Shown here: positions 37,213-43,538 of the stretch, piece after piece
Layout of the letters: each line of letters begins with the position of its first letter
Position numbering within the stretch: position 1 is the stretch's first letter
Assembly (NCBI GenBank): GCA_021734645.1
Contig: JAIPIQ010000003.1
Coordinates: forward strand, 1 to 43,538
Source: Fidelibacterota bacterium
GTDB taxonomy: Bacteria > Verrucomicrobiota > Kiritimatiellia > JAIPIQ01
Length of the DNA: 43,538 bases
Direction of reading: 5' to 3'
Notes under the pieces: generated by a model
Seen by the model: the letters and a program-made list of their open reading frames with translations, nothing else
Told to the model about the DNA's origin: nothing
The model's database searches: none
Position numbers and translations under genes: made by a program

Positions 37213-37473
37213 GGGGGGGGGTGGGATGTTGGTTCTGCTCTTGAGCGATTTCTCGGATGGGTTTCGATGGAAGGAAATCGCGTAAGCGTATCCGAGCAAG
37301 GGTGGCGATTAAGAGTGGGCAGCGCACGAACTGTTTCGTGAACTGCCTCGTAAACTCCGACTGTATAACTCCATCGCAACCTTTGCCGTGCACTTCATCG
37401 AGCCGGGGGCACGGGAACCCGTAACCGTTCACGAGTGATGTCATGAGGAATGCGCTTTGATTACAAGACCTTT

Positions 37474-37583
37474 TGAGTGCGCGTGCCTGCACGCGCTTTA
37501 TACGCCGGCGCCAGCGCCGGCATTGGAAGTCTTCTCCCGGAGCAGGCTCCGGGTCAGAAAGCGCGTGCAGGCACGCGCCCTCA
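37474..37583. repeat. REP-like multi-hairpin inverted repeat
   Basis: tgagtgcgcgtgcctgcacgcgcttt ... aaagcgcgtgcaggcacgcgccctca (25/26), enclosing two further hairpins. Confidence 0.8.
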
Positions 37584-37592
37584 GAAATAGCA

Positions 37593-37621
37593 TTGACACG
37601 TATATCATCAGCATATACCGT
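37593..37621 (+). promoter_or_regulatory. brnTA promoter with putative operator palindrome
   Basis: TTGACA, 17 bp, TACCGT; GTATAT-N7-ATATAC at 37600-37618; ATG at 37628. Confidence 0.65.
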
Positions 37622-37627
37622 TTGCTC

Positions 37628-37927
37628 ATGATAGAAACTTTATCACTGCCCGAATTCGAGGGCTTCGACTGGGACGCGGGAAACATTGAGAAGAACTGGC
37701 TCGCGCACCAAGTAACGCCACAGGAAGCGGAACAGGTGTTTTTCAACCGCCCGCTTGTCGTCGCCGCCGACGTCAAGCACTCTCGATTCGAGAAGCGATA
37801 TCTGGTTCTTGGTCAAACAGATAAAGACAGACCTCTGTTCGTTGCATTCACGATGCGAAAAGGGCGTATTCGCGTCATTTCCGCACGAGATATGAAGAGG
37901 AAGGAAAGAATGGTGTACGAATTATGA
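37628..37927 (+). CDS. BrnT family ribonuclease toxin
   Basis: 'FDWDAGNIEKN..H.V...EAEQVF', 'E.RY..LG', 'IRVISARDM..KER..Y'. Confidence 0.92.
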   Translation: MIETLSLPEFEGFDWDAGNIEKNWLAHQVTPQEAEQVFFNRPLVVAADVKHSRFEKRYLVLGQTDKDRPLFVAFTMRKGRIRVISARDMKRKERMVYEL

Positions 37928-38211
37928 AAAAAATACCGACATTCAAGACGGAAGCCGAAGAGCAGGCATTCTGGGCGTCCCACGACTCGACCGAGTATGT
38001 TGATTGGTCGACAGCTAAGCGTGTCGTGTTTCCGAATCTCAAGCCCTCAACCCAAACGATCTCCCTGCGCCTTCCTCAAGCGATGCTTGAGGAACTCAAG
38101 CTTCTGGCGAACAAACGCGATGTACCCTATCAGTCATTGTTAAAGATATTCCTGTCGGAACGGATTGAATCTGAATTCCAGAGACACGAGGGCAAATTGG
38201 CAAGGGTCTGA
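37924..38211 (+). CDS. BrnA/CopG-type antitoxin
   Basis: 'KIP.FKTEAEE..FW..HD', 'ISLRLP', 'A.KRDVPYQSL.K'; ATGA overlap with brnT. Confidence 0.92.
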   Translation: MKKIPTFKTEAEEQAFWASHDSTEYVDWSTAKRVVFPNLKPSTQTISLRLPQAMLEELKLLANKRDVPYQSLLKIFLSERIESEFQRHEGKLARV

Positions 38212-38327
38212 CAAACCCAATGCAGGCCTGCCCGCACCGCGCTGAGCCAGGCGATCAAGCCGCTCTACCCACATACTGCGCAGACCCGGTCCATTGACGA
38301 TTCACTCATCCAGATCAGGAAATGGGC

Positions 38328-41300
38328 TCAGGGTGTTGTGACCTCCACGATTCCGCCGCCGTGGACGCTGCGGATATCGGGATCGTACATATCCGAAACG
38401 GTGACGGGCGGGTGGGCATACGTTCCGGGGGTCACGGCCCGCACGGCATAGTAGAAGGCATACCGGCCATGGAAGGAACCGGTGAAGACCAGGAGCCGGT
38501 CGTCGCGGATGTCCTGGTGGCGGGTGGGCAGCAATTGTTTGGGCACCCAGTTGAATTGCTGGCTGGTGGCTAGCTTCGGGTTTTCAATTTCCCAACCGGC
38601 CGGGAGCAGATCTTCGATCACCATCTGGTCCAATGAGCGCCCGAGGGAATCGAGCGTCAGACGCACCACCACCATATCGCCCTGGACGAGGGTCTCCGGG
38701 TCGAGCGACTGGCCCTGCCGGTCGAGGAATTCCCGCCGGATGGCGACCCCCGCATCCCCGGCGGGTTCGGGTTCGCGCCCCACCCCCTCGTGGCGGACCA
38801 TGAGGTAAAGCGCACCCGGACCATGGTTCTTCACGATCACCGGGCCGACCGCCGCCGCCTCGACCGCCCAGCGGGTCTCCTCGTCCGTGTCGGCAATCGT
38901 CTGGCGGTGGCCTTCCGCGCGGGTCAGTTCGGCTGTGAACGGCTGGCGGGTGGCGGCGGCGTGCTGCTCGAATTTGCCCAGGGCCAGCAGGGCCATGGCG
39001 TTATCCTGGGTATTGCCCCAATGGCCGTTGTGCTGGCGGTCCTGCAGGTAACGCGCCAGGTGGAAGACCTGTTCGGCGCGCGGATCGGCATCGAGCCAGG
39101 CCGAGAGCAGGAGGGCGGCTTCGCGCACATCACTGTTGAGTATGACGCCCGGCAGGCGGGGGCGGGGTTGCGGCATGGGCAGGCGGTGCAGACGCTCGAC
39201 GGCCTGGCGCGGTTCGCCCGCCAGGAGCAGGGCGGCGACGGTGTGAATCTGGCCGTCGTAGTACAGGCGGTCAAACTGCTCGCGCAGGCGCGCGTTCCAG
39301 CCGACATCCGGGGTGCCGGCGCGGGCCAGGATATGGCAGGCATAGGCGCGCTCGCTCATATCCGCGAGCCAGGGCGCCTCGCCCACCACGATGGGCGGGT
39401 TGTGCTGCAAGCGCTGGCGCAACCAGCCCAGGGCGGACTCGAGCCGGTCGGCCGGCACCGGGAAGCCGGCCGCGCGCGCCTCGACGAGAAAATGCGTGGC
39501 GTAGAGCGAGGCCTCGCTTTCGACTTCCCGGGCGAAGGGCCAATAGGCGAACCCGCCGTTGGCGCGCTGCATGGAGAGTGCGCGCAGGATGGCGGGCGGC
39601 ACGCGCTCGGACAGGTCGCCGACGGCGGTTTGGCCGGGCCGCGGGGGGAGCGGCCAGTGAGCGGCGTAGAGCAGAGGAAAGGCGCCCGAGACCGTCTGTT
39701 CCAGGCAGCCGTAGGGATAGTACATTACGTATTCGAGCGCGCGGGCCCAGCGCAGCGCGGGCAGCGCGGACAGCGCGCCCGCCTGGGAAATCGAAGCCGG
39801 GAGCCAGTCCGGCGGCGGATCAAGCCGGATCTCGTCGCCCGCCTGCACCACCCGGTTTTCCGTTTGAATCCGGGTGCCGGCCGCGGGCCGCACCGCCAGC
39901 TCGATGACCTCGCGCGAGGAGTCCGGACCGGCTTCGATTTCGACCACACAGCGGGCCGTGCCGGAACCGGGGCCGGCCGTGAGCGTAAAGGGCACGTGGG
40001 CTGAAGCGCCGGCGGCCAGCGCCACGGTCTGGTCCGGCTGCGCATTCTGCAAGGGACCGCCCACGGTCATCCGCACCTGGACCGCGCGCTCGATCGGGCT
40101 TTCGTTGTGCAACGTCACCAGCGCTTCGGCCCGGTCTCCAATGGCCAGAAAGCGCGGCAGAGCGACCTGGGCGACCACATCGCGTTTGACCTGCACCTGG
40201 CTTTGGGCCGTGCCGATCTGCCGCGCGTTGTAGGCCACCGCCATCAAGCGCAGGGTCCCGCTGAATTCCGGCACATCCAGCGCGACCGTCGCCTGGCCTT
40301 GCGCGTCCAGCTCGACGCCGGCCTGCCACAGGGCCACCGGTCGGAAGCGCTGGGCGCGGATCGGATTCAACCGGCGGCGCAGCAGGCTCTCCATATCGCC
40401 GCCGGCCGCTGAAACGACCGCCACCTGTTCGTCCACCAGGGGCAGCAATTCCTGATACAAATCAAAGGCCATGACCCCCAGCCGCCGCTGGGCCCGAAAG
40501 AGCTGATTCGGATCCGGCGCGGCAAAGGCCGTCAGCAGGCAGATGCCCTCATCCACGGCCATGAGCGTGGCGGCGCCCGTTACCGGCTGACCGTCTTCGT
40601 CGCGCACGGTCACCGTGGCCGCCAGGCGGGATTGGGGCCGCAGGACGGCCGGCGCGGCGATCTCGACTTGCAATGCCCGCCCCGGCCGGACAACCGGCAG
40701 GGCAATCGCGCCGAGGGCGCGGTGGGGACTGCCGACCGTTTCAGCGCTGACCGGCCGGATCACCGTCACGGTACAGTATACATTCGGCGCGTAGGTCGCA
40801 TCAACCGACACTTCCAGCTCGGCCGTATTCTTCTCCAGGCGCACGATCTGGGCCGCCCGGACCCGGTCGGTTTCGATGGTCAACAGGGCCATGCCGCTGA
40901 AGGGCGCCCGGACTTGCAGGCGGGCGACGTCTCCCGGCGCATAGTGCGCGCGGTCCCAGGCCAATTCAACCCGGCCCGGTTCTTCCCGGCTCCAGGCCAC
41001 CCAGCGCTGCTCGGGATCGGCGGCGTACAGGGTCAGGCGCGTGGCCGCGCCGGAAGCCGGATCCCGCGCCAGCAGGGTATATTCCCCCGGCGCGTCCAGG
41101 CTGAAAGTCCAGTCCGCCGGCGCGCCTGTCCCCGCCAGGGTATCCTCGCGAATGACCGACTGCTTGCGTTCGGATTTCCATTCGTAGCGGCCATCGCTAT
41201 TGCGGCGCAGCACCGAATTCCATGTGATCCGGGCCAAGGTGAGCTGCAGGGGCTTGGCGGCGTCATAGGGCGTGCCGTCGGGGGCCACCTCGACCACGCT

Positions 41301-43532
41301 CACCCGCTGGGGATCGCCTACCCGCAGGGCGCCGCGCGCCGCCGGCCGCAGTCCGATATAGAACGGATAAGCGTCCAGCGCCGCGGAACCATAGCCCGTC
41401 ACGGCCCGCCCGCTGGCTTCCTGCACCGTGGCCTGACATACAACCTGCAGGGCGGCGGCCGGACGCCAGGCCGCATGGGTCTCGACCGTGAACCGCGCCC
41501 GGCCCTCGTCATCGAGCACCTGCCGGCCCAAGGGCCGTTGCACGGGAGCGAAGGTCCGTTCCGGGTCGCCGAAGGTCCAGCCGGTCCACGCCGCCGGCGC
41601 GAATGGCACAGGCTTGATGGTGACATGGCCCTCGACCGGCAAACCGGCCGCCGGCCGGCCAAAAAGATGCTCGCTCCAGACGCCGAAGGCACTGGGCGCG
41701 CCCGCCGGGGCGCGCTCGGGCGGCGCGTCAATCGTGACCCGGATTTGGGGCGGCACGAAATCTTCGAGGGCGATGGTGGTTTCGCCCAGTACGGTGAAGG
41801 TTCCGGGCAGCGCCAGTTCGAGGGTATCCCGGCCCGTGGGCAGATACGCGGGCAGCTCGACGGTTGCGCGCGCGGCGCCGTAGGGATCGAGCGTGACCGG
41901 CAGATCGCGGAAGACGCGCCCGTCCGGCCGCCGTACCCGGAACACCACCGGGAACTCACCCGGCGCCTCGAGCTGGTCGTTGCGCGCCAGGGCTTCGATC
42001 ATCACGGTCTCCCCGGGCCGGTACACGCCGCGCTCGGTATAGACCGCCGCCTCGGTCGCCCCGGCCGCCAAATACTCGCGCCCCTCGAGGCCGGGGCCCT
42101 GATTCACCCGCGTGCGCCGTAAATCAATGTACGATAGATCATCGCCCCGGCGGGCCACCACCAGGAACGGCTCCTCGTTGTCAAAGTCGTCGAATTGCAC
42201 GCAGCCCCGGGCATCGGTCACCCCTCGCGCCAGTTCCTCGTTGCTGCGAGCGTATACCGCCACCTCGACCCCCTCGAGCGGCTCGGCTGCGAGCAAGGAA
42301 TTGACCCACACCAGCATGCCGGACGCATGGACGCGCGCGGTCAAACCCAGATCGCTGATCACCACCAGGCGGCCCTGCGATGGGATATGCTTGCCCCCGA
42401 GATCGAGCCAGTAGACCCCCCGGGGGTTGGCGCCGGCCAAGTCCCGCAGGTGCAGCACGGTCCGGGCGCGCTCGTTCGGCGCCGCGGTCACAAGGTTCGT
42501 GTGGGTCACAGCCCGGGCGTGCAGATGCTGGACCACCCGGTCATACCCGTAATACCCATACATATGCTCCGTATCCCGCAGCACAAGCTGCGCCAGATTG
42601 TTGGCCAGGACCGGATACAGGGTCGCCTCGTAGGCTTCGAGGTTGACCGTGATCAACGGCAGGGCCAGGCGCCCGGTGGGAGCCAGGTAGCGCCCCACGG
42701 CGTCAACGTGCAAACCGGCCGGCCGGTCGGGGAACTGGATCGTCCGCGTGACGGCCGCCAGCAGCGGGGCGCCATTTTCGGCGGGCAGCCCCTCGCGCAG
42801 GGTGACTGTATACACGCCGCCCGGCTTGAAATCGCCGCGCAGCCTGGCCCGGCCGGCACCCGTATAATGGATCGAGTAGGCCACGGGCGGATCCAAGGCG
42901 ATGTACTCCTCCAGTCCGTCGGCCTGGGGCGTCGCGGTAAACATGATATCGAGTTGGTCGCTGCCAAAGGAGGCGCTCTCGGCCGTGCACTTCAGGAAAC
43001 GCATGGCGCGACTGAGACCGGTTTTCCCGCTCTGTTCGCGCGCGGAAGGCGAAGCCGCCTGCCCGGCGCCCGCGGGCAGCCCCACCCCCAAGTGATATTT
43101 CAACTGGTCGCTCATCACCGGCTCGGTTTCGATCAACACGTGTTCGCCGGCGCTCTCGCCCAACAATTGAAAGGCCACCTCCTGCCCGCCCTCTTCCGTC
43201 AGCGTCAGAAACCGCGGCAACTGGGCCGCGTCCGGCGGCACGTTGAATTCCAGCCGCAGGGTGACTTCCCGGACGTGACCCAAGTTCACCTGGGCCACCT
43301 GCTCGAGGCGCAGGGCTTCCGCCGGAGGCGCCGGGGGCGCCAGCACCTCGGCGCCCGGGGTGGTATGCCCCGGCTGCGGCGCCCACCGCCACACGCCATA
43401 GGCATTGACCAGCAGGAACGCCAGCCCCAGCGCAAACCAACGCCCGCCCCCGCGCCGCGGACGCCCCGCGCCGCCGGGCGCCCCGGCCTCCTCCAACTCC
43501 GCCTCCTCCGCAAAGTCTTCCGGCGCGTCCAT
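38328..43532 (-). CDS. bacterial alpha-2-macroglobulin (YfhM-like); may start upstream of the window
   Basis: 1734 aa; 'TERGVYRPGE', 'AVDEGI', thioester 'YPYGCLEQ', 'WGNTQDNA', 'DLLPAGWEIEN', 'RAVTPG...MY.P'. Confidence 0.93.
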   Translation of the reverse strand: MDAPEDFAEEAELEEAGAPGGAGRPRRGGGRWFALGLAFLLVNAYGVWRWAPQPGHTTPGAEVLAPPAPPAEALRLEQVAQVNLGHVREVTLRLEFNVPPDAAQLPRFLTLTEEGGQEVAFQLLGESAGEHVLIETEPVMSDQLKYHLGVGLPAGAGQAASPSAREQSGKTGLSRAMRFLKCTAESASFGSDQLDIMFTATPQADGLEEYIALDPPVAYSIHYTGAGRARLRGDFKPGGVYTVTLREGLPAENGAPLLAAVTRTIQFPDRPAGLHVDAVGRYLAPTGRLALPLITVNLEAYEATLYPVLANNLAQLVLRDTEHMYGYYGYDRVVQHLHARAVTHTNLVTAAPNERARTVLHLRDLAGANPRGVYWLDLGGKHIPSQGRLVVISDLGLTARVHASGMLVWVNSLLAAEPLEGVEVAVYARSNEELARGVTDARGCVQFDDFDNEEPFLVVARRGDDLSYIDLRRTRVNQGPGLEGREYLAAGATEAAVYTERGVYRPGETVMIEALARNDQLEAPGEFPVVFRVRRPDGRVFRDLPVTLDPYGAARATVELPAYLPTGRDTLELALPGTFTVLGETTIALEDFVPPQIRVTIDAPPERAPAGAPSAFGVWSEHLFGRPAAGLPVEGHVTIKPVPFAPAAWTGWTFGDPERTFAPVQRPLGRQVLDDEGRARFTVETHAAWRPAAALQVVCQATVQEASGRAVTGYGSAALDAYPFYIGLRPAARGALRVGDPQRVSVVEVAPDGTPYDAAKPLQLTLARITWNSVLRRNSDGRYEWKSERKQSVIREDTLAGTGAPADWTFSLDAPGEYTLLARDPASGAATRLTLYAADPEQRWVAWSREEPGRVELAWDRAHYAPGDVARLQVRAPFSGMALLTIETDRVRAAQIVRLEKNTAELEVSVDATYAPNVYCTVTVIRPVSAETVGSPHRALGAIALPVVRPGRALQVEIAAPAVLRPQSRLAATVTVRDEDGQPVTGAATLMAVDEGICLLTAFAAPDPNQLFRAQRRLGVMAFDLYQELLPLVDEQVAVVSAAGGDMESLLRRRLNPIRAQRFRPVALWQAGVELDAQGQATVALDVPEFSGTLRLMAVAYNARQIGTAQSQVQVKRDVVAQVALPRFLAIGDRAEALVTLHNESPIERAVQVRMTVGGPLQNAQPDQTVALAAGASAHVPFTLTAGPGSGTARCVVEIEAGPDSSREVIELAVRPAAGTRIQTENRVVQAGDEIRLDPPPDWLPASISQAGALSALPALRWARALEYVMYYPYGCLEQTVSGAFPLLYAAHWPLPPRPGQTAVGDLSERVPPAILRALSMQRANGGFAYWPFAREVESEASLYATHFLVEARAAGFPVPADRLESALGWLRQRLQHNPPIVVGEAPWLADMSERAYACHILARAGTPDVGWNARLREQFDRLYYDGQIHTVAALLLAGEPRQAVERLHRLPMPQPRPRLPGVILNSDVREAALLLSAWLDADPRAEQVFHLARYLQDRQHNGHWGNTQDNAMALLALGKFEQHAAATRQPFTAELTRAEGHRQTIADTDEETRWAVEAAAVGPVIVKNHGPGALYLMVRHEGVGREPEPAGDAGVAIRREFLDRQGQSLDPETLVQGDMVVVRLTLDSLGRSLDQMVIEDLLPAGWEIENPKLATSQQFNWVPKQLLPTRHQDIRDDRLLVFTGSFHGRYAFYYAVRAVTPGTYAHPPVTVSDMYDPDIRSVHGGGIVEVTTP

Positions 43533-43538
43533 CTCGCC

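Noticed and set aside
38205-38327. attC-like site after brnA
   Set aside because: No matching RYYYAAC/GTTRRRY ends or paired L boxes found, and no integrase.

Overview
GC-rich bacterial chromosome segment. A PVC-superphylum origin (Kiritimatiellota/Lentisphaerae/Verrucomicrobia-like) is inferred from gene types only. The housekeeping backbone encodes a fucose/arabinose-isomerase-like enzyme, DUF481 barrel, M50 protease, GspK-like protein, lipid kinase, guaB-MBL hydrolase-RND efflux operon, ilvC, a LolA/OMP/MTase/epimerase/acetyltransferase/GT4 cluster, signal peptidase I and alpha-2-macroglobulin. Accessory patches interrupt it: (i) a BspA-type LRR gene next to a 400-bp repeat-bounded vapB/vapC-remnant cassette; (ii) a ~9 kb candidate anti-phage locus of PLD-SNF2 helicase, DUF4062/HATPase_c_4/HTH protein, Eco57I-like N6-adenine methyltransferase and ORF6N, carrying several lesions (missing start codon, two frameshifts, a nonsense codon); (iii) two intergenic clusters of diverse REP-like hairpins and periodic oligomer repeats, one directly upstream of a brnTA module. 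Several accessory genes appear to be leaderless. No rRNA, tRNA or CRISPR array was seen.
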